64,000 bases of DNA from Octopus sinensis (Eukaryota): NCBI RefSeq assembly GCF_006345805.1, contig NC_042997.1:70928001-70992000 (forward strand), read 5' to 3'. A program made the translations under genes and the position numbers. The notes under the pieces are model-generated. The model was given only the letters and a program-made list of their open reading frames with translations, was not told the origin of the DNA and searched no databases. Below are positions 38,573 to 50,839 of the stretch, piece by piece; positions within the stretch are counted from its first letter, which is position 1; each line of letters begins with the position of its first letter.

Positions 38573-38733
38573 TTTATTTAAAAGCAGCAGAAATTCAACA
38601 AAACCTGTTACTCGGAGTTTCAGGTTCCCGTTCGTCGGACAGTTTTGTTCGGACAGAACAAAACTGTCCGACGAACGGAAACATGAAACTCCGAGTAACA
38701 GGTTTTGTTGAATTTCTGCTGCTTTTAAATAAA
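38573..38733. repeat. Fold-back (78-bp arms, 2 mismatches, 5-nt loop) next to (TA)n, PLE-terminus-like
   Basis: 38573-38650 pairs with 38656-38733; mismatches at 38623/38683 and 38627/38679; loop ggaca. Confidence 0.92.
38664..38701 (+). ncRNA. Degenerate hammerhead-like motif (C4 variant); mirror copy at 38605-38642 on minus strand
   Basis: ctgt-CCGACGA-ac ggaaac at-GAAAC-tccga-GTA-acag. Stem I extends to ~11 bp with one bulge; stem II is damaged in both arms. Confidence 0.55.
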
Positions 38734-38805
38734 TCATATTACTCTACCACTGGTATTTGAGTACTCTTCTTTCCACCTTGTTTCACATTTATGTGTTTAC
38801 TCCGG

Positions 38806-38837
<32 letters not shown>

Positions 38838-39310
38838 AACAGCTATCTATGCATATTCATATAGTGCAAATGTGAATACCTATATTTTATTTCAGTTATT
38901 CATTTGTTTACTTAGCCCAATTTCATTAAGTGTGTCAAATTATATTACGTCAGGATGTAAGCTTAATCGCCTGATACGCTTGCTACAGAGCTTGACAGCT
39001 GAATTGTAACCAAACTCAAGCAAGCTCTCTGTATACTTCTACCAAAAGTAATTCAGTCATTGAGGAAGTGGTAGGATAAATAATAAACAAACAAACCACC
39101 ACAACAACAAACAAAAGATAAAATAGCGTGCTCTTCAGAGAAGAAACACTTTTTATCTTTTTGGGTAAACCAGTGCATGAGATAAGATTGCTCAGAAAGC
39201 CTTTTCAGTTATTGAAAGTGTCTATTCCACCACCGCCTCCTCGTTTTCATTCTCCTTCTCCTTCCCTTTTTTCTCTTTCTTCTTTATTTTTGTTATTGTT
39301 GCTGTTGGTC

Positions 39311-39415
39311 CTCTTCTTCTTCTTCTTCTTCTTCTTCTTCTTCTTCTTCTTCTTCTTCTTCTTCTTTTCTTCTTCTTCTTCTTCTTCTTCTTCTTCTTCT
39401 TCTTCTTCTTCTTCG
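39311..39415. repeat. (TTC)n microsatellite in a pyrimidine-rich tract (39240-39600)
   Basis: Direct reading. Confidence 0.97.
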
Positions 39416-39715
39416 TCTTGTTCTCTCCTTCCTTCACTTTTCCTTCTCCGTCTTCTCCTCGTCGTCTTCGTCGTAGCCATCGTCGCCATCTTCCTCTTCC
39501 TCTTCTTCATTCTTCTTCTCCTGCTTTTCCTCTTTTCTTCTCCTTCTCCTCCTCAAGCTCCTCCTCCTCCTTCTTCTTTGTCTTCGTTGTCGTCTATGTC
39601 TCCTTTTGTTCTTTTAGAAGCTCCTTTTTTGCCTGTTCGTATCAAACTATCAAAGCCCACCCTAATCGTCTTGCGCTCTGACAGCACATACGTACATTGG
39701 CGCACACATGCAAGC

Positions 39716-39762
<47 letters not shown>

Positions 39763-39868
39763 TGTACGCATGCCACTATATTTTATATATAAAAAATACA
39801 AAAATGGGACACGAACGCAAAACATCCAGACAGGTTAAACAAAAAAGGGACAACAAAATATCCAGAAA

Positions 39869-40217
39869 GACGATACAAGGAAAAGAAGGACAGATCATTC
39901 GGAGTTTTCTATCCTCAGTCGAGTTCTAGATTATCTTTGCAATTTCAGCTGGTTATACTCGAGATTGCTCCAATCTGGCCAGCCCCAAGGGAAAAATAAG
40001 CTAAGAGCATTACATTCCTTGGAAGAAAGCAGCGAATGTATATGAAAACAAGGACGGAAAAACACAGAGAAATGTTACACAAATACAAATAACAGGACAT
40101 AACAACAGGTGTCTTTCGACTAAGAACGAATCAAATTAAGCTGGCGTGTGTGGAAGTAAAGCCTTACAGCAGGGACATAAACTCTGAATGATCCGTCCTT
40201 GTTTTCCTTCTATCGTC
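39869..40217. repeat. 39-bp inverted repeats (35/39) in a (TA)n-flanked element (~39760-40240)
   Basis: 39869-39907 vs reverse complement of 40179-40217. Confidence 0.75.
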
Positions 40218-40714
40218 TGTATTATTTTATATATATATCAAAGCATTTAATATAATATAAATTTACATATATTAATATATGAATAACTATGAACAGCTAT
40301 GACTGTGTTTATGGGATAAGTGGTTTCATAATAATGTGAAAAGTAGCTAAGCGAGAAAAAATCCACTCTGTAACACTCAGTTGAGTCAATATTACATATT
40401 CAAATGCGAGTATGCAATTTAAAGCTACTCGGTTTTAATCTGCAGTAGCTATGTAATCTATGTATGTATGCATGTATGCATGTAAGCATGTATGTAAGTA
40501 TATATGTATGTATGTATGTATGTATGAGTGTATGTATGTATGTGTATGTATTTATGTATGTATGTATGAATGTATGTATGCATTTGTGAATGAATGTATG
40601 TATTCATTTATATTTCGTGCCAAAAGAGAGAGCCGGTTTCTAACCAATATCATTGTAATTTCAAGAAGAGCATGCACGTGCGCGTGCGCTCACACACAGA
40701 CAGACAGAGGCGCA

Positions 40715-40745
<31 letters not shown>

Positions 40746-40776
40746 GTATACAAACATATATAATATATATTATATA

Positions 40777-40838
<62 letters not shown>

Positions 40839-40854
40839 ATGTGTGTGTATGTGT

Positions 40855-41150
40855 GGAGGCGCAATGGCCCAGTGGTTAGGGCAGCGGACTCGCGGTTTCG
40901 ATTCCCAGACCGGGCGTTGTGAGTGTTTATTGAGCGAAAACACCTAAAGTTTCACGAGACTCCGGCAGTGGGTGGTGGCGATCCCTGCTGTACTCTTTCG
41001 CCACATCTTTCTCGCACTCTTTCTTCTGTTGGCCTACTCACTTAGCCAGCGGGGTGGCGTCATTTGAAGGCTAAAACAATGCGAAGCGCATTGTGACCAG
41101 CGATGTGTAGCAACATCTGATAGTCTGGTCGGTCTTGGTGATCACGGTGA
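40855..41150 (+). mobile_element. tRNA-derived SINE (A box tggcccagtgg, B box ggtttcgattcc)
   Basis: tRNA-like head with an internal deletion, followed by a non-tRNA body ending ..tctgatagtctggtcgg. Confidence 0.7.
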
Positions 41151-41279
41151 TATACGTAAATATTGGTCGGCCCGAGGCTCTAGTAGAAAACACTCGTCCA
41201 AGGTTACGTGCTGTGGGATTGAATGCACGACCATGTGGTAGGGAGGCAAACTTCTTATTAGACACCCACGCTTGTGCCT

Positions 41280-41311
<32 letters not shown>

Positions 41312-42294
41312 TTATAATTTCATACACAAACATATTTGTGTATACAGATAAAAATGAAAATGTGTAATAGAATACGTATTTGATACCAAAATTATGTACA
41401 AGTTGCACCCCAGTTTCAACAGAATATATTCGGCATCAAGGGTAAAAATTAGCGAAAGAGAGGTCCAACTTCGCAAATAGGACCGGATTGCCACGCATAA
41501 TCCTCTACTGTGAAATTCGCACCGTCAACATATCATGCAGCTTCCCCATGCAGTCTATGAGGAACACCAGTATCGACCCTAAATCTAGAGATCCGCAAGC
41601 AGAAGACACAGCAAAGTGAGACTCATCAGGATCATCATAAGTTACTTTGAAGAACGTCATCGAAGAAATAAAGCGGCTAAACGGTTATGACGAAAGGTTT
41701 GCCAACTCCAGTCAAGGCTGGTCGAGTAAAAACCGGTCTTCCCAGCCATCGGAGACACTGATATAAATGAGGAACAACATACGGAGAAAGAAATTCACGA
41801 AATGCAGAGTCACCGCTGACAACGACAATAAGCATGTCTCGTTTGTTTTCTTTCTTTTTTTTTTATATTTTATCTTATATTTGGAGCTGAATATTTGAAT
41901 GGAAGTGTTTTTTTCCCGCTATCTACGAATATGTATGTTTGAAAATAAGTGGTTGTGTATGTAGATTTCATAAAATGTTCTTAGCAATAGCTGAATAAAA
42001 CACCCAGTTGTTTTCTCTTCTAACAAAAATATGAAGGAGACACTGCAGAAGGGAAACCCTACTGTAGAACTATAAAATATTCAGCTTCCTCGATTCACGG
42101 CTAATAGATCATCATCATTAATGTATTTAGTGCAGGCAAATTTTTTTGCTGACATGAAAAGGCTATTTAATATGTAGATAAACAAAACTTCAGTGAGACA
42201 ACTAAAACGGGAAAATGCTTTGTATGTGTATGTATATATACATACATACTGAGACTCATACTTAAGTCGAAATTAAATATGTGTGTGTGTGGGT

Positions 42295-42385
<91 letters not shown>

Positions 42386-42804
42386 TAGATACGCATATAT
42401 ATGTATATACATATATGTATGTATATATGCATAGGTGCATGTATATCCATAAATATATATCGAGAGAGGGAGAGAGAGACGGAGAGAGAGAGAGAGTTGG
42501 AGAGAGCGAGACAGAGAGAGGGCGGGGTGGGAAATAGAGGTTCAGGGCAGCGAGAATTAATCGTAAATTTTTGTGGCTGCAAATTATTTTACAGAATCAT
42601 TTTAAAGACATGAAATTATGAAAATTTTGGGAAAACGGGGAAGGTATAGATTTAATTATAAACATAAATTTTCCAGTCACATTTTCTGCAAAATCATTTT
42701 AAAATGTACTTTATGTACTTTACGTACTTATGTGCTTTAATACAGAATATGTAAGGTTCTGGCAAACTATACTATGCAGTTTTCAAACCCAAAGTGAATT
42801 GGTT

Positions 42805-43006
42805 TTATTCTTTTACTTGTTTCAGTAATTTTACTGCAGCCATGCTGGAGCACCGCCTTTGGTCGAACAAATCGACCCCAGGACTTATTCTTTGTAAGCC
42901 TAGTACTTATTCTATCGGTTCTTTTGCTGAACCGCTAAGTTACGAGGATGTAAACACACCAACATAAGTTTTCAAGCGCTGGTGGGGGGACAAATACAGA
43001 CGCACA

Positions 43007-43057
<51 letters not shown>

Positions 43058-43217
43058 GACCGGCTTCGTACAGTTTTCGTCTACCAAATCCACTCACAAG
43101 TTTTTGATCGGATCGAGGCTATAGTAGAAGATACTTACCCAAGGTGCCACGCAGTGGAACTGAACCCGGTACCATTTGGGTGAGAAGCAAGCTTCTTTCC
43201 ATCCAGCCACGCCTGTT
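42805..43217 (-). mobile_element. SINE family A, full length
   Basis: Same head and tail as 43540-43963; internal tract is (TA)n at 43010-43053. Confidence 0.85.
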
Positions 43218-43539
43218 TATCATATTGCAGTAATACATAGTTTATTGCAACTATTATGCACTGTTTACTTTGGAAATCTTATCTTATGATTTCAAATTTT
43301 AAATGGGCACTGAACAGAAATATCCAAGACGGTGATAATGGTCTAACATCAATTATATAAATTGGATACATAACTTCTTCAGTTGGGAGAGTGACAGAGT
43401 GGAGCAAATCCATTCCATCTTCTCTTCCTCTTGAATCTTGCTGTTGCCAAGTTGAATTTATCTACGTTCTTGTAGAGATGTCACAGAGTTAATATTAAAC
43501 AAAAGCAGAAAAGAAGTTTTCACCTTGGACCATGTACTC

Positions 43540-43963
43540 TTCTACTCTTTTACATGTTTCAGTCATTTGGCTGTGGCCATGCTGGAGCACCGCATTTAGT
43601 CGAGCAAATCGACCCCAGGACTTATTCTTTGTAAGCCTAGTACTTATTCTATCGATCTCTTTTGCCGAACCGCTAAGTTACGGGGACGTAAACACACCAG
43701 CATCGGTTGTCAAACGATGTACACTCACTCACACATACACACACACATACACACACACACACACACACACATATATGTATATGTATATATATGCATATAT
43801 ACGACGGACTTCTTTCAGTTTCCGTCTACCAAATCCACTCACAAGGCTTTCGTCGGCCCGAGGCTATAGTAGAAGACACTTGCCCAAGGTTCCACGCAGT
43901 GGGACTGATCCCGGAACCATGTGGTTGGTAAGCAAGCTACTTACCACACAGCCACTCCTGTGC
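43540..43963 (-). mobile_element. tRNA-derived SINE family A, full length, with internal microsatellite
   Basis: Head with A-box-like tggctgtgtgg and B-box-like gggatcagtccc, CORE-like ccttgggcaagtgtctt, internal (TG/TA)n, tail ending ..gactgaaacatgtaaaagag. Confidence 0.85.
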
Positions 43964-44399
43964 CAACATAATGGTGCCAACATAATAACAACTTACAAAT
44001 GGACCAAACTGTAATGTTAATGTCCATTCTATCAAGTGAATGTTAAATGGATGAATTCCAACAACTAATATAAAACATTTTCATTTAAATAAAATAATCA
44101 AATAGTTTATATCCTTAGATGGACATCAAATTTCACCTTACAAGTTACACGTCTATTGCAAATGACACTAAATTTCGTTAAAGTATAATTCCACAACAAA
44201 AGTGCCGCTATATTGGAATCCAATCTTCCTATAATTGTCTATCGAACCGAGCGAGACAAGATCCAGTTGAAGAGCATATTCTATCCTTCCTCTATTGGAA
44301 AAATGTCAAAGTTAAAACCTTTATAATCCATTTCAATTTGGATGATTTATTCGAAAGTAAAATGTGTTTATTTTCAAAGAATTTAACTCACATATGGCT

Positions 44400-44720
44400 C
44401 ATTGAACCATCCAATAAATGTCATTGCTGAGTACAGCTTAATGTCATAAGAATGCACCTCAAGAATCTTTTCAACATTGCAATATATTTCAGTTGCATCT
44501 TGAGATAAGTATTTAGAACCTAGCTGCCTCAAACAGTATTTGATATGGAGGACATTAATAGCATCACACTTAAATCAAAGAATATAAAAATTACATTTAG
44601 CCACTTAAACTTCGTATTGCACCGAAACTTACTGAATACTGCCTCTTTTGGCTTTCTAACTAAAATACTCTGCATTGTATTCATATCAGTTGAATCATCT
44701 ACTAATAGCATTTCAATTAA
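44400..44720 (-). mobile_element. Possible hAT transposase remnant
   Basis: LLVDDSTDMNTMQSILVR resembles the hAT first-catalytic-Asp motif LDESTD. Little other support. Confidence 0.3.
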
Positions 44721-45008
44721 CCTAGCTTAGTAAATCTCACAATATCACTCTTCACTGAGCATCGTAAATAAACCATTGCCTTACGTAAATATTTGTGCTA
44801 GATTATAAACACAAACACACAAATGTAATCAGTATATATTTTTAAAATCTACTTATATAAATCTCGCCCAACCATAATACCAGAAGCCTGTTATCACACT
44901 TATAGCAACATTATCATGTTTATTGCAATATTATACTGGACTCAATATATGACTGGTAATTATTTTTATTGACCTTTAAGTGTTGAAAGGCTGGATTTAA
45001 AAATCACC

Positions 45009-45060
<52 letters not shown>

Positions 45061-45063
<3 letters not shown>

Positions 45064-46301
45064 GGCCAAAATAATAATAGCGCTAACAATAATGAAAGGA
45101 CAATTGGCACCAGCGATTTTATTTAAGCGGAGAAGATCGGAAAGTTTTAGATGAGTTGCAGGAAGCAATAAGTAAAGAAGAAAAAGATTGCCAGCATTAA
45201 AAGGTACCAACAGAAAGAAGCTGCTAGATATGATTAGGAAAGTAGATACTGTTCTCAGTAAGACATATACTAAAAATATAGGAGACACTAACTTCTTGAT
45301 TTATGCAGGAGAGGTAGTAGTTAATAGAAGATTAGATATTCCTCAAGAAAAGACTAGAAAATATCAAATGTGGAAAAGGAGATTAAGAAATAAAGTTAAA
45401 ACTTTAAGACCAAATTTTAGTAGAATAGAAACCTGGAAACTGAAAAAGTTAAGAAATACAAGATTTAAATCTTCCCTTGAGAAATATACTAAATCATAGA
45501 GAAAAAATTTGAAAAGACATAGGGAAACCAAACAAAAAAAAACAAAGAACAAGCGATGTTAAAAACCAGTAAAAAGAACAAAAGTTATCTGACTGGCAGG
45601 CGAAGGTTTTGTATGGTAGGTTCCCAAAGATATTTGCAGCAACAAGTAGTAGTGAGATATGGTTATGGCTGCAGAAACGAAGGTTGAAAAGAGACACTGA
45701 AAGTTTGTTAGTAGCAGTATAAAATCAAGCATTAAGGACTAACTGGATAAAAACCAGGGTAGTGAAAAACCTAGTAGATTCCTAATATATATTATGCAAG
45801 GCAAAAAAGGAAAGTGTTACTCATATAGACAGTGAATGTAACATACTGGTACAGAAAGAATAGAAGAAAAACACGGGTGAGTAATCCACAGGGAGAAATT
45901 TAGAAAGCTAGGATTTGACCATACTGACAAATAGTACGAACATGAACCTAGTAAAGAACTAGAAAGTAAGAAATATAAAATATTATTGAACATTCTGACT
46001 GACGCCTGAAAGCCTGATTTAGTTGTGGTAGACAAAGAGAATGAAAAGTGCCTGATAACTGGCTTTACAGTCCCAAATGATGAAAACGTTGATATGAGAA
46101 GTATAGAAACAATTTCAAAGTACCAGGACCTAGCCATAGAAATACAGAAAGTGCGAATAAATTGTATCCCAGTAGTTATAGGTGCATTAGGAAGTATCCC
46201 TAAATATTTGATCAAATGGATAGCGGAAATAGGCATCTAACTCCAGAAAAAAATGTTATTAAGGACAGCTAGGATACTTAGGATGGTTCTTCGCATCTAG
46301 G
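45061..46301 (+). mobile_element. R4/Dong-type element D1, internally deleted (N-terminus joined to post-RT/RLE region, no RT)
   Basis: LPALK..DTNFLIYAG..WKRRLRNK, then near 45500-45570 directly LSDWQAKVLYGRF..WLWL..LKRDTESLL, then PVVIGALG. (AAT)n on both sides. Confidence 0.85.
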
Positions 46302-46302
46302 A

Positions 46303-46360
<58 letters not shown>

Positions 46361-47802
46361 TACGGTGTATACCTTCAGTGCTCATATCAGAATGGAGTTA
46401 GGAATGAGAAAGTGTGGTGTGTTAGTATTGAAGAGAGGCCATATCAAATGTATGGACGGACTAAAGATACCGTCGGGGGAGGTTATGAAACAGATAGAAG
46501 AGACGGGATATAGGTACTTGGGGATTTTGGAAATGGATAAATTGATGGAGAAAGAAATGACAGAAAAATTTAAGGTGGAGTATTTGCGCAGACTGAGACT
46601 GATACTTAAGTCGAAATATAATGGACGGAATAAGATTGAAGCTATCAACACCTGGGCGGTTTCACTCTTTAGATATGGAGCAGGGGTAATCGCATGGACA
46701 GTTGACGAACTAAACAGCTTAGATAGAAAGACAAGGAAGGTGCTAACTAGATATGGGATACTCCACCCAAAAAGTGACGCTGACAGACTGTATGTGGCAA
46801 GAAAAAGGGAAGAGGACTTATTGGATGCGAACACAGCATTAGATCAGAAGAAAGCAACAGAGCATGGTATATAAAAAATGCTACAGACCCGCTATTATTA
46901 GAAGTAAGAAGGTCAGATTGTGTAGGATGAAAGATTGAAAACATAAAGCACTGTATAAGAAATTGAAAATGAATGAAACTGAAAATAGGTGGGTAAAGAA
47001 AAGAATGCATGGTCAAGGCAGAGAAAAACGATGGCTGTGGATGACAAAAAGTGATTAAAAATTGTAAACGGAGGTTTTGATATGTGCTGCCCAAAAGCAA
47101 GCACTAAGAACAAACTACATAAAATACAGAATATACAATACATCAGAAAGTGATAAGTGCAGAATCTGTGGACAAAATGGTGAAACCGTATGGCATATCA
47201 CCAGCAAGTACACGCCACTAGCCTAGAAGGAATCATAGAGACGCCACGACAATATAGCCAGGCTTGTTCATTGGATACTTTGCAACAAGCATGGACTTGA
47301 CAGAGTATAAAATTGGTACGACCACAAACCCGAGGGCATCGTCGAAAATAGAAATGCAAAGAACCTATGGGATTTTATGATTCAGTGTGACCATGAGGTA
47401 GAGAATACGAAGCCAGACATAGCCTTAATTGAGAAAGAAAATAAACTATGCTGCATCATTGATATAGGATGACCAGCTGACAAGGTATGCGATAAGGAAG
47501 AAAGAAAAGTCGAGAAATATGATAGGTTAGCTTGAAAAGTTAAGCAGTTGTGTTCGATGAAAAAGTTAGCAGTAGTACCAATGATTGTCGGAGCCCTGGG
47601 AACAGTGAGCAAATATCTCGAGTAGTACGTGGAACAAATAGGGGCTGCAATAAGAGTGGAGCACTTTCAGAAAACAGCACTGCTTGGAACCGGTCGAATA
47701 CTCCGGAAGGTGCTCGAAAAATAAGAGTTGTTACCTTAAGTTCACTGGTCGTAAAAAACTGACATCGTAGTACATCTCCAGCGTTAGAAGCTGTGCAAAG
47801 GC
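46361..47802 (+). mobile_element. R4/Dong-type element D2, 5'-truncated (RT 3' part, CCHC, RLE, 3' UTR)
   Basis: KCGVL..YRYLGI..NKIEAINTWAV..LHPKSDADRLY; CRICGQNGETVWH; KPDIALI; FQKTALLGTGRILRKVLEK*. (AAT)n on both sides. Confidence 0.9.
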
Positions 47803-47885
<83 letters not shown>

Positions 47886-47915
47886 GAAGAAGAAGAAGAA
47901 GAAGAAGAAAATGAA

Positions 47916-47992
<77 letters not shown>

Positions 47993-48020
47993 ATAGTAGT
48001 AATAATAATAATAATGATAA
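47803..48020. repeat. Compound trinucleotide tract (AAT)(AAG)(TAG)(AAT)
   Basis: Direct reading; similar compound tracts at 13945-14070, 48395-48570, 50655-50820, 51355-51525, 54271-54457 and 57836-57990. Confidence 0.97.
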
Positions 48021-48024
48021 TAAG

Positions 48025-48395
48025 TATCAAGCAATGGTTCTTACTACTCCTGATCTTAACTGGTTGGAAGTGTTAACATATACTTGTTTTTCCTTGAAAT
48101 AAAAGTCAACAACAAAATTTGTTTAATACCTCAGATTTTCTTGTCAGTTGCATGATCTTATATACTTGAGCATAACCCTTATTGGCAGATGATATGCGCA
48201 TCACTGAGCACGAGGGGGCAATAGGGGAGTATCATAGCCATGTGTTGAGAAGAATTCTTGGGGTTTGAATAATTCATCTCTGGAAACATGCGTGTTTCAT
48301 TCATCATCTTTAAAAAACCTTATTGTTGTCTAAATTGAGCTTCGTATATTTGTACTCCAGTATCACTTTGATGACATGCATTTCTCTATCACTCA
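48025..48395. repeat. Repeat family X copy with an internal deletion
   Basis: catagccatgtgttgaga..ctggaaacatg; both termini present, middle missing. Confidence 0.7.
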
Positions 48396-48442
48396 ATAAT
48401 AATACTGCTACTGCTACTACTACTACTACCACAACTACCACC

Positions 48443-48491
<49 letters not shown>

Positions 48492-48503
48492 TTAATAATA
48501 ATA

Positions 48504-48545
<42 letters not shown>

Positions 48546-48570
48546 GTGATGATGAAGATGACTTCATTTA

Positions 48571-49720
48571 GTTGCCACGAGAGCGAAAGATGAGGGGGAC
48601 AATACAGAAACAGAATAAAGTGTGGGGGTTTACATATAATAATGAAATGATAATAAAAAAATTTAAAAAATTTAAAAATGAAGTATACACTGTATACACA
48701 GCGAAAAGGAAAGGACATATGCATAGCATACAAAGGTAAAAACATGTGGGTAGGATGATAGAGATGTGGTCCTTCTGATACAGGAACGCCTGTAGGGATA
48801 ATCGAGGAACCCCACTCTCTGAGATTTTGCTTAAACCCTAGGAGTAAGTGCCTTCTACAATACCTTATCTCCGACTCACAGGTCTATACTTAGAAAGGTA
48901 CTATCCACTCTTGCCATTTTCGCAACTGTCACCCACCTTTCAATAAACTCACTTGAGGACAGCACTTCCCGCTCCACTCTCAATTTCCTTTTCAAGTGAA
49001 ATTTTAAACAGTCAATGAAAGCTCTACCGTAGAAAAAGTAACTGTCCTCATGCCTTTCAGCCTTGGCCACCAAACAACCTCTTATCTCCACAGCTACCAG
49101 GCAAAGGAAAGCTGCCTTGCCTGCCCGATTGAAGCAGGGTGGCGGTGCAACCATCACTACAAACTCGGTCGATAGACGTATCCGTCCCACACGTGACAGC
49201 AGCTGTTCAGCACAATCCCACATGTTGACGACGCCCGGACACTGAACGAGGGCGTGCACAACGGTTTCGTCTCTCTGCGCGCACCTCGTACAAGTCCGTC
49301 TGACATCACATCCTTGCCTATAGAGTTTATCTCAAACCGGCAGCGGCCCCCGATAGCAGTGCCATGCCAAGGACATCTGGAAATTATACATGTTAGTTCC
49401 CAACCGGAAAGTCTAGCCAGTTCGTTCTTGCCAACGCCCAGAGTCTCGCCGAGAACGTCGTCGTACTTCCTACCAGTATTTCTCTACAAATTTGTAAAGC
49501 GGAACAACCACCGATCCCATTGCGCGACTGTTTGAGGGTTGTGAGCGCCTGACGACACTCTAGGTGCCAGATGCCCAGTTTCTGTTTGTTATTCACTCAG
49601 GACTGCAGCTCCGTCAAGAAGACGAGCTGCGGAAAGACGAGCCTCACAAACGGAGCCCACACACGCCCATCGTCCAGAAATCGTTGCAGGTGACGTCACC
49701 TGAGCGCGTGTCTGCGCATT
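48571..49720 (-). mobile_element. Tx1/L1-type LINE 3' fragment (zf-RVT region and 3' UTR) with (ATC)n tail
   Basis: WHCYRGPLPV*DKLYRQG..CTRCAQRDETVVHALVQCP...W matches the W..H..LPT..C..C..ET..H.L..CP pattern. The 3' UTR runs into (CAT)n at ~48500-48570. Confidence 0.75.
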
Positions 49721-49739
49721 AGTAGCTACGCCATACGTA

Positions 49740-50111
49740 GCATGTCCCTTAGTGGCTGACGATATGAGCTTTTCTGATCACGGGCAGAAGTATTTTTAGG
49801 AGCATCATAGCCATGTGTTGAGAGGAATTCTTTGGGGCTTCAATAATTCACGTCTGGAAACATGGGTCTTTCGTTCATCATCCTTAAATAAACTTTCCTC
49901 AAGGGCCTTTTGAGCAGGATAAACTACTCAACTTGAAGAAAATTCTAACTTAGCCCCACATGCAAGTTCATGCGCAGTTTATCGTGATATGAGATGTCGC
50001 GCACAAGTGGTTGTGATACATGTGCCTAGTGTACCCCTATCAGACGGGTAGTCGTGGATATATTGTGTTTCACCCGTGTCACTTTAATGGCATGTTCTGC
50101 TCCCTCACTCA
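49740..50111. repeat. Repeat family X copy, truncated at the Tx1 junction
   Basis: Colinear with 50995-51355. Confidence 0.8.
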
Positions 50112-50117
50112 ATAATA

Positions 50118-50189
<72 letters not shown>

Positions 50190-50191
<2 letters not shown>

Positions 50192-50654
50192 CGAGAAAGC
50201 AACGATACTCTGGGATATGCCAATACACACAGATAGAGAAATTAAGGCCAACAGACCAGATATAGTCGTCAGAGATCATGAAGAAAAAAATGCTTTCTAA
50301 TTGATGTATCAATACCAGCAAATGACGTGTCTCTAAAAGAAATGGAGAAACTTTCAAAATACAAAGACCTGGAAATAGAGGTATCTCGAATGTGGAATCT
50401 AAAAACAGAAACAATTCCTATCATAGTAGGTGCATTAGGCATGATAAAAAAAAATATTCAGACAAATACATAACAAAAACACCAGGACTTACAAACACAT
50501 ATAACATACAGAAAATTGCACTACTGGGCACTGCACACATTCTACGCAATACACTTTCAATCAGAGCATCACAACAAATCACAACACATACCCAAGGCAC
50601 ACAGAGCCGCGCTCGGTAGTGAAGTGAAAGCACGCTATAAAAATAAAACTACTG
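50190..50654 (+). mobile_element. R4/Dong-type element D3, short 5'-truncated copy (RLE and 3' UTR), same family as D4
   Basis: NEKATILWDMPIHTDREIKANRPDIVV..PIIVGALG..IQKIALLGTAHILR. (AAT)n on both sides; nearly identical to 53088-53551. Confidence 0.9.
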
Positions 50655-50673
50655 AATAATAATAATAATAATG

Positions 50674-50714
<41 letters not shown>

Positions 50715-50839
50715 AAGAAGAAGAAGAAGAAGAAGAAGAAGAAGAAAAAGAAGAAAAAGAAGAAGAAGAAGAAGAAGAAGAAGAAGAAAAGAAAAATAAG
50801 AAGGAGATGATGATGAGGAGGAGGGGGTGGAGGAGGAGG

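Noticed and set aside
40855-40910. tRNA gene candidates in SINE heads
   Set aside because: A/B boxes are present but no complete cloverleaf, and each runs into a SINE body.
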